Shown: piece by piece, positions 36,592-50,394 of the stretch
How the letters are laid out: every line of letters starts with the position of its first letter
Numbering within the stretch: the stretch's first letter is position 1
From: Carcharhinus longimanus
Taxonomy: Eukaryota
Direction of reading: 5' to 3'
Length of the DNA stretch: 64,000 bases
NCBI GenBank assembly: GCA_030264375.1
Contig: JASCQW010000139.1
Location: 28,598,692-28,662,691, forward strand
Notes under the pieces: model-generated
Databases searched by the model: none
Told to the model about the DNA's origin: nothing
Seen by the model: only the letters and a program-made list of their open reading frames with translations
Position numbers and translations under genes: made by a program

Positions 36592-37520
36592 AGGACAGCA
36601 TCTTCACTAGTCGGGGTGGCACAGTGGTTAGCACTGCTGCTTCACAGCTCCAGGGACGTGGGTTCGATTCCCAGCTTGGGTCACTATCTGTATGGAGTTT
36701 GCACATTCTCGTTGTGTCTGCATGGGTTTCGTCTGGGGTGCTCTGGTTTCTTCCCACAGCCTAAAGATATGCGGGTTAGGTTGATTGGCCATGCTAAAAT
36801 TGCCCCTTAGTGTCCTGAGATACATAGGTTAGAGGGATTAGCCAGTAAATGTGTAGATATATGGGGGTAGGGCCTGGGTGGGATTGTGGTTGGTGCAGAC
36901 TCGATGGGCCAGATGCACTGTAGGGTTTCTATGATTCTAAGTTCGATCGTCTGTTCCACCAACACACGTGAACCTAATAGGACTGAGTCTTCGCTCGTAT
37001 TTGTGGTCTCTGCACTGGCATCATCGGCCACTTCCTGAGTGGGTACCCCTTGTCCCAGAGGAGCCATCCCTCCAGCCGCCACTCTCCTCAAAAACAACTA
37101 GGATTCGTGAGTGGCCAACGATCTAATTGTCATGTGCTGGGAAACAGGCACACGCCAGTAGGAAGCATGTTGGTGTGGCCTCAGACAAGTTGGACATTGG
37201 GGTTCCTGAATGGTGTCACATGCCCCCATGGTAATTAAAAGCCAGGTTGGTGTAGACTATCAGACCTTGACCTGGGGCATACCTGTTAGGTGGATGAAGA
37301 CCATAGCCCTGGCTCACCTGGCCCTGGTTAAAGCTGATATATCTTTCAGTTCTGACATAAAGGATANNNNNNNNNNTAAAAGCTCAGAGCAGCTGTAACT
37401 TTAAGGATCACAGGCATCAGGTTCCACGTGGTGTTAGCATGTGCAGTATGTGTCACAGGTGGTCCACTGTCTCCCGGCACAGACAGGAGTCTTCTGCGGC
37501 TCAGACGACTGAAGGTGGGA
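36592..37520 (-). pseudogene. PIF/Harbinger DDE transposase (HARBI1-like) pseudogene, interrupted by an HE1 SINE and a 10-N gap
   Basis: RRRL..RETVDHL*HILH..PVILKVTAALSF; TGMPQV; EGWLLWDKGYPLRKWPMMPVQRPQ; VEQTIEL[SINE]VKML. Confidence 0.85.
36613..36939 (+). mobile_element. HE1 SINE
   Basis: Full head, core and tail gcactgtagggtttctatgattcta. Confidence 0.9.
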
Positions 37521-38727
37521 ACTTCGACACTAGAAGATTCTTGGCTGCCACTGTTTGACGTTGATCCTCCATGTATGGTCCTGCTCTGAGCAGCTGTAGG
37601 CCACTGGTCCTGGCCATGAGCAATAGCACGTCGTTGTCTCTACTTCTGGTCAATTTCCATCAATGGAAAGGCCAACTCAACAAGTTCCATAATCCTGATG
37701 CATCATGCACTGAAAGCACCACCATGAGCTGAGAAGTTGTCACAGAGCCCTGACCCTCAGTGCTCCATAAATCTATGACTTCCATCACAGTGCTTCCCAC
37801 TACCAGTGCGAATTTCTGCTCTGCTTCACACCAACCTCTCTGACAGTGCAGCCATATCCCCACATAGCTTCCTCTGCAAGTCCAGCAGGATGAACAATGT
37901 TGAGTCCCCATTGCTTCACAGCATTTGACCCTCCATCCCACACTGTCAAAGAACCTAAGTTCCAACGCTGCATTGCACTAAAGTGCATCCAAGGGAATGC
38001 ATGACAACAAGGTGTGCATCCTGGTGGACACCTAAGAAATGGTGCCAGGCGTGATGTTGAACAGGGGGAGTGGTGTTCCGAAATGTTAATCTTGGTCCCC
38101 TGACTGTGCAACTAAATGTAGCTCTGGATATTAAACTGGCTGGACTCCTCAAAGATTCATCAATTATTTGCTCTGGCAACAATATTCGTCTTGCCAAGGC
38201 ACAGCTGATTCTTGAGGTTTGCAATTAGCTTTTCAAACAATTCCCAAGAGGGCAGCTTTAGTCTGCAGGGTCTTCAATTCTGTGAAGTCAAGCAGCTTTG
38301 CACGTGAGCAATCAATGCACTCTTACTGCTGGATCGGAGAGTCAGAGTTCACAGAGAAGTGGATTTGAACTTCCTGTTCAGTCAGCCCCTCTGGTCTCGC
38401 ATCATTGACCGGGTGAGGGGTGTAGGTTTCACTGCATTTGCATCCCCCCAACCCACCTTAAATGAGAGAGTCTTTATGCCTCATGAGGCAGGGTAGCTCA
38501 TCACTGGGAGCTCCACACTGCCCTTGCCCCTCCCAAAGCAGGGTCCCAGGGCCTCATGGTCGCACCCAGACCTGGCCCTCCGTTGTGGCCATCTCCCTCC
38601 CAGTTTGCAGCTCCAACAAGGACACCCTCTTAGCGACTGTGTGAACACTAACCTAGCACGGAGGAATTGGGAAGCAACGCCTGTTTGGCAGCCAGCACAT
38701 CCCCTCAGAGCCAGAAGTGTCCCGATA

Positions 38728-40125
38728 TAGAACATACATTGAAAATAGGTGCAGGACTAGGCCTTTTGGCCCTTTGAGCCTGCACCAACATTCAATATGA
38801 TCATGGTTGATCATGCACTTTCAATATCCCACTGCTGCTTTCTCTCCATACCCTTTGATCCCTTTAGCCACAAGCTAAATAGCTGGGGTCCAGCTCCCAC
38901 TTAAACATATCTAACAAACGGGCTCTAACAGCTTTCTGTGGTAGAGAATTCCATAGGTTCATAACTCTGACTGAAGTTCTTCCTCATCTCAGTCCTGAAT
39001 GGGTTACATCTTATTTTTAAAGATTGTGACCACGGGTTCTGCACTTCCCCATCAGGAACATTCTTCTCGCATCTGGCCTGTCCAGTCCCAACAGGATTTT
39101 ATATGCTTCTGAGATCCTCTCTAATTCTAAATTCCAATGAGTACAAGTCCAGTTGATCCAGTGTCTCTTCATGTGTCAGTCTTGTCATTCTGGGCATCAA
39201 TCTGGTGAACTTTCACTGGATTCCCTCAGTAGCAAGAATGACCTTCCTCAGACCAGGAGACCAAACCTGCATACAATACTCAAGATGTGGCCTCACCAAG
39301 GCCTTGTATAACTGTCATCCTTCCTCCTATACTCAAATCCACTTGCTATGAAGGCCAGCATGGCATTAGCTTTCCTCATCACTTGGACCTGCATGCCAAC
39401 TGGGTTGGTTGGCAACTTCCACCATGACACCCAGGTCATGTTGCACTTCCCCTTTTCCTAAACTGCTACCGTTCGGGTAATAATCTTCCTTCCTATTTTT
39501 GCCACCAAAGTGGATAACCTCACATCTTTCCACATTATATCGTATTTGCCAACTACTCCAACCTGTCCAAGTCACCCTGCAGCCTCTTAGGATCTTCCTC
39601 ACTGCCACCCAACTTAGTGTCATTTGCAAATTTGAAGATATTTTATTGAGTTCCTTCGTCCAAATTTATTAATGTTGTAAATAGCTGGGGGTCACAGCAC
39701 TGAACTCTGCAGTATCCACAAGTCATTCACTGCCTGCCACTCTGAAAAGGACCCGTTTATTTCCACTCTCTGCTTCCTGTCCGCCACCAAGTTCTCTATG
39801 CAGGTCAATGCATTACCATGAGCTTTAATTTTGCTCACTAATATCTTGTGTGGGACCTTGTCAAAAGACTTTTGACAATACAGATAAACAACATCCACTG
39901 GTTCACTCTTGTCCACGATACTGCTCATATTCTCAAAAACTTCCAGAAGATTTGTCAATCATGATTTCCCTTTAGTGAATCCATGCCAACCTGGACTGAT
40001 CCTGTCACTGCTTTCCAAATGCTCAATTATTATGTCCTTAATAATTGACTCCAGCATTTTCCCCATCACAGATGTCAGGCTAACCAGTCTATAGTTCTAT
40101 GATTTCTCTCTCCCTTCTTCTATAT
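38728..40125 (-). mobile_element. HER1-type CR1 LINE RT and 3' end (decayed)
   Basis: NYRLVSLTSV, TNLLEVFE..VDVVYLYCQKSFDKVPH, KFANDTKLGG, YNVERCEVIHFGGKN; 3' end at 38728. Confidence 0.92.
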
Positions 40126-40615
40126 GCAGGGAAGGTAAGGCCTCGAAGAGCACCCACTAAAACCCCCAAACGCTGTCCCCCGATGGAGACTGTGGCCCTC
40201 AGCCCCAGCCCCAAGCTGTGCTTGCCTGTGTCCACAGCAATCTTCCTGGTGCTCCTTGAGTGTTGGGTTGCCCGGAAGTAACACCCACCTGAATGTTCAC
40301 CTCCACTATCCCCCTCAGAAGTGATAGCACCAGGTTCACGCTTTTATAGAGCTGTTGTAAATGGCGTTATTGTGACGTCACACCGGTGCTGGCTGAATAT
40401 TCAATAGGGGCTCAGTACTGGGAGTGAGTGCCCACTAATGACACAATGATGCATTTAAATTGGGTTTGCACCCTTCCCCAGCATGGTCCATTGAGGTCAG
40501 CTCAAAATGGGAAACTGATCTCACCAGCAAGCATCACACTTTTCTGAACTCTCTGCATCTTGAGCTTTCATCGCCATTCCCATGGACGGCGAACACGGGC
40601 TCAAGATTCTGCCCC
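40126..40615. mobile_element. Harbinger-like element right end
   Basis: Ends caagattctgcccc|TTA (TIR-like end followed by a TWA trinucleotide). Confidence 0.5.
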
Positions 40616-42104
40616 TTATCTTCGAAAAAGTCCTCAGACCAAGTGGTTAATCTTTCAATCGGAGTTGGGGTGCACTCAGGTGTGTGTGTAGCAGGAAATT
40701 CCGAGTTAAGAGACTAAGATTAGATTATAAGTAACCCTGTTCATTATACTTCCAATTGCCGGAATTTTCTAGGCATTCACATTGGATTTTCTGCTCCTGC
40801 TTCAGTGAACAGAGATTTCGATGAGCGCCACATTCTCTGTCCTCGCTTGCAGTGATGACAGGTGGGTGGGACATGAACGTTTGGAAGATTCCAGCCAATC
40901 ACCGCTGCTCTACCACCTCGCCTGCCACAGAATTGGAGCAGGCGAGGGGCGGACAACGGAAACGTCTGTTGACCTCAGGCGGAAATTTCTGGTCTCACTC
41001 GAGTGAGGCTGTAAAATCCCGTCCAGAATCTTTAGCATAACAGTTCACAATGCAGCATACTTTGATTTTGGTGTAATAAAAATTATTCTGATTTGGACAG
41101 TGTTCTCTCTCCACAGATGCTGTCGGGCCTGCTGAGATTTTCCAGCATTCTCTCTTTTCATTTCGGATTCCAGCATCCGCAGTATTTTGCTTTTGTGCAG
41201 CCAACTCTGAAGGTGTAGCAGCCTGTTGGAGTTTAGTTATATGTGATCTCACATCAGTGAAGCTTCAGGAATGATTTGATGCTCTGGAACACTCTTGTGT
41301 TGCATATATTTTATTAAATACTGCACCAGCACAAATGAAACACAGCAGGACTATGGTGAGTGCTGGAGAATGTCAGAGACAAAATTATATAAACCTTGCT
41401 GATTAGCTATTAGCTAAAGCAAATGATATCATTTTCTTTTTGGAATATCGTCTGGTCTTTTTCAAATCCATTGCATGCCAACTCCTGCTAATAATCTCTA
41501 TGGAGCTTTTCAGTGATGCTACCACCAAGCGGGAGCCTGCTTAATTATAGTGAATCATTATGGAACCATCACCTCAATTAAGTCTACTGAGTAAAATTAA
41601 TTTGGCGCTTTGAAAGATGAGCACGGAAAAAATTAGCGAGCCCATTTTTATTTTTAAACAGAATTGGGTAAAAGCAATCCATTTAAGACATGTTATGCTA
41701 TCTGCTGTGGTCATAATGTAAAGTCCCACTTCATCTCCTATAGTGTTCAACGCTCTCACCGCACTTTGGCTGAGCGGCAGAAAGACCTCTGAAGGTCAAG
41801 GTAAACGTACAAGTATGGGGAGTCAAGTGGCACAAGTGTCTCAATTTCTCTTGACCTTTCACCTTGAGCAGCCATTAGCAAGCCTATTATGAATATTGGC
41901 GAATTAACAATTTGCTCAATTATATCAGATAACCTGCATTTCGGAATAGGGTCAGAAAAGTTGCGTTCCTTACTGAGAAACAATGGTGGTAATTTTGCCT
42001 TCCTAAAGTTGATCTGATGGCAACATTTATAGTGCCACATGGGGTCAAGTGGTGGCTGGTGGCAGGAATTAATATGCCAGTCTTTTAACGTTAACCTCAG
42101 CAGT

Positions 42105-42455
42105 TCATAGAGTTATAGAGCCATAGCCCTTCAGTCCAATTTGTCCAAGCTACCCTTTTTTTTAAACCACGAAGCTAGCCCCAATTGCCTGTATTTGGCC
42201 CATATCCCTCTACAACCATCTTACCCATGTAACTGTCTAAATGCTTTTTAAAAAGCCAAATTGTACCTGCCTCTACTGCTATCTCTGGCAGCTTACTCCA
42301 GTTACTCATCACCCTATGTGTGAAAGATTTGTCCCTCTGGACCCTTTTGTATCTCTCCCCTCTCACCTTAAACCTACGCCTTCTAGTTTTAGACACCCCT
42401 ATCTTTGGGAAAATACTTGACTATCTAGTTGATCTGTGCACCTCATTATTTTATA
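42105..42455 (-). mobile_element. HER1-type CR1 3' end
   Basis: SKTRRRRFKVRGERYK..FTHRVMSNWSKLPEIAVEAGTI..FKKHLDSYM. Confidence 0.9.
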
Positions 42456-42464
42456 GAGGGATAA

Positions 42465-42680
42465 AACAATGATTTGCATTCATATAGCAGCTTTAACAAT
42501 CTCAGGACATCCCAAAATTCATTACAGCCAATCAGATACTTCTGATATGTAGTCACTGTAATGCAGGAAGTGTGGCAACCAATTTGTACACAGCAAGTTC
42601 CTATGAGTAGCCAAATGCTAACAACCAGATAGAATGATATTGGCCAGCCCACTAGGCATGAACCCTTGCTCTTATTTTTT
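42465..42680 (-). mobile_element. DeuSINE/SacSINE1-like fragment
   Basis: ttgctgtgtacaaattggttgcc..cattacagtgactac..ttggctgtaatg..gggatgtcctgag tail. Confidence 0.7.
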
Positions 42681-42703
42681 TCCTTAAAGTTCTGTCTTCA
42701 CGG

Positions 42704-43042
42704 AACCATAGAACAGAGAATCCCTACAGTGCAGAAGGAGGCCTTTCAGACCATCAAGTCTGCACCAACTCTCAAACAGCATCTTACCCAGACTCATCAC
42801 CCCTCCGATCCCTGTAATCCCATAATCCCACATATATACCATGGCTAACCCACCAATGTGTATATTGTTGGACACTAAGGAACAATTTAGTGTGGCCAAT
42901 CCACCTAACCTTAACAGCTTTAAATTGTGGGAGAAAATTGGAGCACCCAGAGGAAACCCACACAGACATGGGGAGAATGTGCAACTTCCCAAGCTGGGAA
43001 TCGAACTAGTGTCACTGGCACTATGAGGCAGGAATGCTAACC
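42704..43042 (-). mobile_element. HE1 SINE
   Basis: Head ggcaacatggtggcacagtggttagc, core and HER1-type tail. Confidence 0.9.
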
Positions 43043-43699
43043 ACTGTGCCACCATGTTGCCTTCTTTGAAATNNNNNNNNNNACTTGGTTTGCTGTCTCA
43101 TTTGAGAGACAGCTCCTTTGACAGTGCATTACTGCATTGGACTGTCAGTCTTGATCTTTATGCAGAAGTCTTGAAACTGAGTCCACAACCTTCCAATTCA
43201 GACACAAGAGTGTGGCCAGAGTGACCGACACACAAATGTCATGATCTGATGTAATTGGGGCAAAAATTAGTTTGAGCCTCGACACAAGAGGACTGCTGCC
43301 CAGCAACAGCAACAGTAAATGGCCAGAAGAGGTGAGGATAAATGCCTGAATTCTCCCTCGTATCAAGCTGTTTGTGGGTGGTGAAGAACAGAAGTGTTTA
43401 CCCAAACCCCACAAGGAAATCTACAGTCTTCCTGCTTCCTCATTGCAAGGTTTCCACCTCCCAGTTACAGTATGGATCCTTCTTCCGACCTCCTTCCAAT
43501 CACAACTGCTCCCTTTCCCCACCCCACTGACTGTCGGGGAAAAGTTCCCAAGCATTTCTGACCACTTCCCGCCCTGTTGCTGAGTTTCTCAGGTTGACAG
43601 TCTAGTTGGCTGTCAGGCAGGGGCTTGCACAGAATTATTCAGGATCAGTGTACTCTCAAAAGTGATAACTACCTGGTGATCTTGTCACCTTGTGCAAGA

Positions 43700-44160
43700 C
43701 TTATTTATTAGTGTCACAAGTTGGCTTACTTTAACACTGCAAAGAAATTACTGTGAAAATCCACTAGTCACCACTCTCCGGCACCTGTTCGGGTACAATG
43801 AGGGTGAATTTAGCACAGCCAATTCATCTAATCAGCATACCTTGTGGACTGTGGGAGGAAACCGGAGCACCCAGAGGAAACCCATGCAGACATGGGGAGA
43901 ATGTGCAAGCTCCACACAGACAGTGACCCNNNNNNNNNNNNNNNNNNNNNNNNNNNNNNNNNNNNNNNNNNNNNNNNNNNNNNNNNNNNNNNNNNNNNNN
44001 NNNNNNNNNNNNNNNNNNNNNNNNNNNNNGAAACCGGAGCACCCAGAGGAAACCCATGCAGACATGGGGAGAATGTGCAAACTCCACACAGACAGTGACC
44101 CAAGCCAAGGATTAAACCCCGATCCCTGGTGCAGTGAGGCAACAGTGCTACCACGCTGCC
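43700..44160 (-). mobile_element. HE1-like SINE, alternative tail, spanning a 100-N gap
   Basis: Tail at 43700; core duplicated on both sides of the gap. Confidence 0.85.
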
Positions 44161-45204
44161 TGTTCTGGACGACTGCTCACCTCGAGTTTTTAAATTTGTT
44201 AATTTTAATACTTGCAAGCAGGGGGAAGAATCTTTAAAGGTTTGCTTGAAGTTCAGTGATCATTCCTCATTTTATGTTAAAGAGGCCAAACTCAAACAGA
44301 TCCTGGTAATAACGATAATTTTTGTTTTGTGCAACATTTCATAAAAAAAGCCATTGAAAGAATAAATGTTTCAAATTAGAATGAGAAAAAAAAGGAACAA
44401 ATTAAATCGTTCTGAAAACCCAGAGCACAAGAACTTCTTTGAAAAGGAAATATAATCTAAATCTGATAAGATATATTGGCTTAATATCAATTTACTTTGC
44501 TTCACAAATGTAAAACAGGGCTTTTTTTTCTTACTCATTTGGTACAATGGAGGAAAGAACAACAAATTGATTTAAAACACGATGTCATCTTGCCCCAAGG
44601 ATGTGATTTTACAAGCCATCCAGATTTGTCAAACTTGTCAGTAGACTGTAAAGGATACTCCAGGGAGAATATCAAACTTGATCATTTATTTTAGTCAGCT
44701 CCCCAAAGGAGGGAGGGTCGCTGCTCTGAGTTAAAAGCAGCGATCATCCCTTCCCTCAAACATATCACAGGCCTCCCTTTTCTCCCTTCCTCTCGTCTTT
44801 CCCCCTCCTGCCCCTCCATGCCTCTTAAAACTGTTACATCTCAAACTTCTTCCAGATCTGTTGGAAGTTTACCAGTCTGAAACATTAATTGTTCTGTTCC
44901 CTCCATGGCTGCTGCCAGGCCTGCTGATAACGTTCTGCTTTCATTTCCAATTTCTAACATCTGCAGCATTTTGTTGCCACATGTTTCGCATTTTTCTCAG
45001 AATCATGTATTCCCCTCATTTTCACCACATTTGATGTTCTTATCTAGAGCTCCCAGTTATTTCTCCATGAGGGTAACTTGTGAATACAGTCTCAGCTGAA
45101 ATATTCAAAAAGGGAAAACGGTTAGATTACTACTCACAAGTGGTGTGGGCCTTTGGAGAAAAGAAGGTGAAATGATTTGAATGGATCGTAAGCACTACTT
45201 TTTA

Positions 45205-45885
45205 AAAATTCATTTATGATATGTGAGAGTCACTGGCTAGACCTGCATTTATTGCCCATTCCTAATTGCCCTTCAGAAAGTAGTGGTGAATTGTTTCTTA
45301 AACCACTGCAGTCCATATGGAGTAGGTACATCCACAGTGCAGTTAGAGAAGGGGTTCCAAGATTTTGACCCAATGACAGTGAAGGAACGGGGATACGTTT
45401 CCAGAGCAGGATGGTGTGTGGCTTGGAGGGCAAATTCCAGGGGATGGCATTCCCTTGTCTCTGCTGACCTTGATGATAGCAGTTATAGATTTGGAAGGAG
45501 ATTTGGTGAGTTCCTGCAGTGCACCTTGTAGATGGTACAAACTGCTACCACTGTGCATCATTGGTGGAAGGAATGATTTTATGGAAGGGGTGCCAATTGA
45601 GCAGATTGCTTTGTTCTAGATGGTATTAAGCTTCTTGAGTGTTGTTGGAGCTGCACTCATCCAGGCAGGGAGAGATTATTCCACCACACTCCTAACTTTG
45701 CTCTGTAGATGGTGGACAGGCTTTGGGTTACTCACCACAGGATTCCTAGCCTCCGACCCGCCTGTTGTATTTATATGGCTAGTCAAGTTGAGTTTCTGGT
45801 CCATGGTGACTTGCAGGATGTTACTGCTGGGGGGTTCAGTAATGCTACTGCTATTGAATGTCAAGGGGTGATGGTTAGATTGTCT
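45205..45885 (-). mobile_element. CR1-clade LINE 3' fragment
   Basis: TFNSSSITEPPSSNILQVTMDQKLNLTSHINT; shared 3' UTR. Confidence 0.85.
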
Positions 45886-46184
45886 GCAGATTCTCTACTA
45901 TCAGAAAAGTCTGTGCATGCTGCAGTCTTTTCTGCAGAGAAAGGAAAGACCCAACTGAGGTCTTTAAAATTATAAAAGGTGTGATAGGATAAGCATAGAG
46001 AAGATGTTTTCATTTGGTATACAAACCAAAACTAGGGTCCATAAATATATGATAGTCTCCAGTTAATAATTCAGAAGCAAGTTCTTGACACTGTGGAACT
46101 GACTGCTAGATAGAGAGTTGAAGTGAATAGTATAAATGCGTGAGGTAGAAAGGAACAGAAATATATGATAGGATTTAATGAAGC

Positions 46185-46480
46185 ATCATAGAATCCCTAC
46201 ACTGCGGAAAGAGGCCATTCGGGCCATCTAGTCTGCATTAACAACAATCCCATCCAGGCCCTCTCCCAAAACCCCACAATTTAACCTGCTCATCCCTCTG
46301 ACACTAAGGGGTAATTAAGCATGGCTTATCCACCTAACTCACTCATCTTTGGTCTGTTGGAGGAAACCCATGCAGACACATGGAGAACATGCAAACTCCA
46401 CACAAACAGTTGCCCGGAGGCTGCAATTGAACCTGGGTCCCTGGCGCTGTGAAAAGGAGCGCTAACCACCGTGCCGCCCC
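46185..46480 (-). mobile_element. HE1 SINE
   Basis: ggggcggcacggtggttagcgc head, core and tail. Confidence 0.9.
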
Positions 46481-48210
46481 AAGTAGATGGGAGGCTTATG
46501 ATGAACATTAAAGTCAGCATAGACTTGGAGGGTCATATAGCCCCTTTGAGTACAGTAACTAATAAATTCTATGTAATGAGTATCCCAATATAAGGCTTGT
46601 TATTTGTGATAAACTGCAAGGGTTGCATTTGACTATTATGGACAGGATCCAGACTCTGCTAACAAAATGAGAAGACAGATCCTTGTTTACCATGACCAAA
46701 CATTCTGTATTCATACACTTCTGAACCTTGATGGCCTTTGTTTCAGCACTTCTAAAAAGACAAGTACCTGAGAAAAACACATACACTGTTCTTGAACAGT
46801 GATTCTCTCCATTGGAAAAAACTTTCACTAAAAATTACTCTGATTAGAATGTATTATATAAAGTACAGATAATAGGGGAAGCAATTTGCGTCTGGAAACC
46901 ATACAACATTTGCTATCATTTATAACGTCATGAGCTTGGTCAGATGTGCATAGAGAAAATAAAGGCCTTCTGGACCTGTTCTGCACAACAGCAATGCAAT
47001 AAATTCTGATGAGTGAACGAACAGCTCAAGCAAAGCTCCAGCTGTTTATAATTATTAGAACCCAGTGATGCATCACAGTCGGCCACACCAAGGTTTTTAG
47101 CTTAAATAAATACTGTGAACACTTTCTAAACCATGAAACCTTCAGTTAAATCAAAGGCAAAGCCACGGTGTAAGCAACATATTCATTTCAAAAGGTTAGC
47201 ATCCCTTTATTCTACTTTTTTCCAAAGTGCAACCCGGCCAATCTGATCTGATTGCTATCTAAGCTGCTTTGTTCAAGTCAAGAAAGAATTGGGGTTTTTT
47301 CCTGAAATGGAGATAGAGAGTGTGATCCAAATTGTGGACATCATTACCCCTACTTATAAATATTCAGACATGCAATTATGGTGGGGACTTTTACCAAAAA
47401 AGTGTTGGTTCTGGTGAGAAAAGTGCTGTGTCTTTCTTCAGATTTTACCACACACTGTCACATCAAAAGCGGCTGGGCATGTTTCACACCATTATGTAGG
47501 GGGGCCTGAAAATACTGGCAAAGCCTGGTTGCACTGAGATCAGGGCGCCATGTTTAAAGTGCACCCAATCAAANNNNNNNNNNNNNNNNNNNNNNNNNNN
47601 NNNNNNNNNNNNNNNNNNNNNNNNNNNNNNNNNNNNNNNNNNNNNNNNNNNNNNNNNNNNNNNNNNNNNNNNNNNNNNNNNNNNNNNNNNNNNNNNNNNN
47701 NNNNNNNNNNNNNNNNNNNNNNNNNNNNNNNNNNNNNNNNNNNNNNNNNNNNNNNNNNNNNNNNNNNNNNNNNNNNNNNNNNNNNNNNNNNNNNNNNNNN
47801 NNNNNNNNNNNNNNNNNNNNNNNNNNNNNNNNNNNNNNNNNNNNNNNNNNNNNNNNNNNNNNNNNNNNNNNNNNNNNNNNNNNNNNNNNNNNNNNNNNNN
47901 NNNNNNNGGAGAAAGGAAAGACAGTGAACTCGAGAGAGAGAGAGATAGAGAGAGAGAGCGCAAGATGAATTGTGATTAACATGCCCTCAATTCTCCCTTT
48001 GTTGTGCAGTCTCTCTGTTGCACAGAGCCATTCCTATAAGCTTGCTGTGTGCCTGCTCTCGCACATGTTAAATGGAATGTCAGTTGTGTGTGACCTGTAC
48101 ATTTCACTGCAAAGTAGGGTTGCCAACTGCGGTTAAAGGTAGCCCTGAAGGTTTCATCACACGACTTGTCCACCACAGTCCAGTCATTATTCACCAACAT
48201 ACTTAAAGCT

Positions 48211-48515
48211 TAGAATCATGGAATCCTTACAGAGCAGTAGGAGGCCACTCAGCCCATCAAGCCTGCACCAACAACAATCCCACCCTGGCCCTATCCTGTA
48301 GCCCCACTGTACTAGTCCCCCTGATACTAAGGGGCAATTTAGCATGGCCAATCCACCTAACTTGCACATCTTTGGAGTGTGTGAAGAAACCTGAGCACCT
48401 AGAGGAAACCCACGCACATACGGGGAGAACGTGCAGCCTCCACACAGACAGTCACCCAAAACTGAACCGAGGTCCCTGAGGCAGTAGTGCTAATCACTGT
48501 GCCGCTGTGCCACCC
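48211..48515 (-). mobile_element. HE1 SINE
   Basis: Head, core and HER1-type tail. Confidence 0.9.
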
Positions 48516-49944
48516 CAATCACACAGTCCAGTCAAACTGCCAGCAGTCCTTTGGGAACCACTGATATGTCCCTGGACCCTGTGAAACTGTGCGCTCCTGG
48601 TGTAGCATGAACAGTATGGTGTGAGCAACATTTAAATATTGAGATTAGCTGACTGGAATCATCTTATCAAAATCTGCAGAGACCTTTTCTTTCAAAACAG
48701 TTGACAACCATGTTAAAATTGTATGATGTCGGTGCAGCACCATCAGGCATGCTGTCCCTGTGACATGACAGTGGTGCATTTGTCACAGTTGGAAGCCCAG
48801 TTGAAGTCCTCACGCTGGAGTGAAGAGTGCTTGCACTTGAATTAAGGAACTCTGGCAAGAGGAGCACCAGTTTGAAAAGCCAATAACATTCAGCATTATC
48901 ACAATTGCCAACTCTTGTTAAAGGGGAAAAGCATTGGCAAACCTTTTCTTCCATTTGTTTGCAAACACGCAATTTAATAATGAACCATGTCAAAATTGAT
49001 CATCGCATAATGTCACAAAATAGCACACAGCTCTTCTGGCTCCTGAGCTGAAAACATTTGTCATTAAGTCAGAAGCCCCCTTTAAATGTAGGAAAACATC
49101 TCACTTTCATTCTGCCCGTTAGGATTTACGAGGAGCAAAGAGCAGTGTAATTTATTTTTCCTCATGTGCTGTGTGGAGTTTAATGTCTGCACTGCTGAGA
49201 TGGTGCAGAAACATTCAACCGCTTCAAAGAAAACTTTTAAAAGGTTCCCCATGCAAAAAAGAATAAAGAAGTTACAACATGGTGGTTCAAATTCACCTCC
49301 ATCTTCACAGCATTGGAAGTTTAAACAAACCTCGACTGCATGTTTCCATTCTTGCATTAGGAGGTTATAATCCAAATTTTCATTTTAATATCGCAAGTCA
49401 GCCAAACAAAATAGCAGGAAGTCATACTTTGACAACATCCTTGAACACTTCAAATGAAAGAAAAATATCCCTGGCCATGTTTACATTTATTTTTGTTCTC
49501 CTTGTCTCTCTTTGAAGCTTGCTATTTTCTGATGAGATTAGTCAAACTAATTGCTTCCAGACCCCTGACAACGTTACACGTCAGCCTCTCTCTAAGATTG
49601 GGCAAACTTGATCAACCTTCCCATTTTACTCATCCTTTCCCCTTTCTCCTGCAGGCAGCCTGACTGAGACCAGAAAGTGCCCCATGTGATTTTGGCACCG
49701 ATATATAAAAGACTGATGTCACAATTTTCTAAGAACTGCCAAGAAGGGTATCTGGAAAACTGTGAGAAAGAAGGCAGCAAGATAACAGAGTGGATAAATA
49801 GGTGGCAGATGCAGCTCAACATAGAGAAAGTTGAAACAGAAAAAAATTGGGGAAAAGAGTAGGAAAAGGAAGTGTACCTTAAATGCCCAGACATCTAACA
49901 GAATTGGGGAGCTTAAGGGAGTAAATTTAACATTTGGCAATAGT

Positions 49945-50220
49945 GGGCAACACAGTAGCACAAGTGGTTAGCACTGCTATCTCACAGCGCCAGGGACCCG
50001 CGTTCAATTTACGACTTGGGTCAGTGTCTGTGTGGAGTCTGCATGTTCTCCCTGTGTCAGTGTGGGTTTCTTCTAGTTTCCTCCAAAAGACGTGCATTGG
50101 CCACCTTCAGGTACACCAAGAGAACTTAACAGGTCCCAGAGTGTGGCGACTTGGGAATTTTCACAGTAACTTCATTGCAGTGCTAATGTAAGCCTATTTG
50201 TGAGGCTAATAAATAAACTA
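49945..50220 (+). mobile_element. HE1-like SINE, alternative tail
   Basis: Tail gtgtggcgacttgggaattttcacagtaacttcattgcagtgctaatgtaagcc. Confidence 0.9.
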
Positions 50221-50394
50221 AAACTTAGCGTAAAATTACCTGCATGCCTTGTCAGATTTTGGCAATGGGCTTCAATGGATGTACCTGATAATACTCTTTA
50301 GTTAATTATCAATAGTTAAAATAATCCTGCAGCAGTACAGTGACTTTTTGAACTGCATTTTATCATTGAAGTTACTATGATTTTATTTGACAAC

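Noticed and set aside
43857-44101. Duplicated HE1 core either side of a 100-N gap
   Set aside because: Same gap-flank overlap artefact; not a real tandem SINE.
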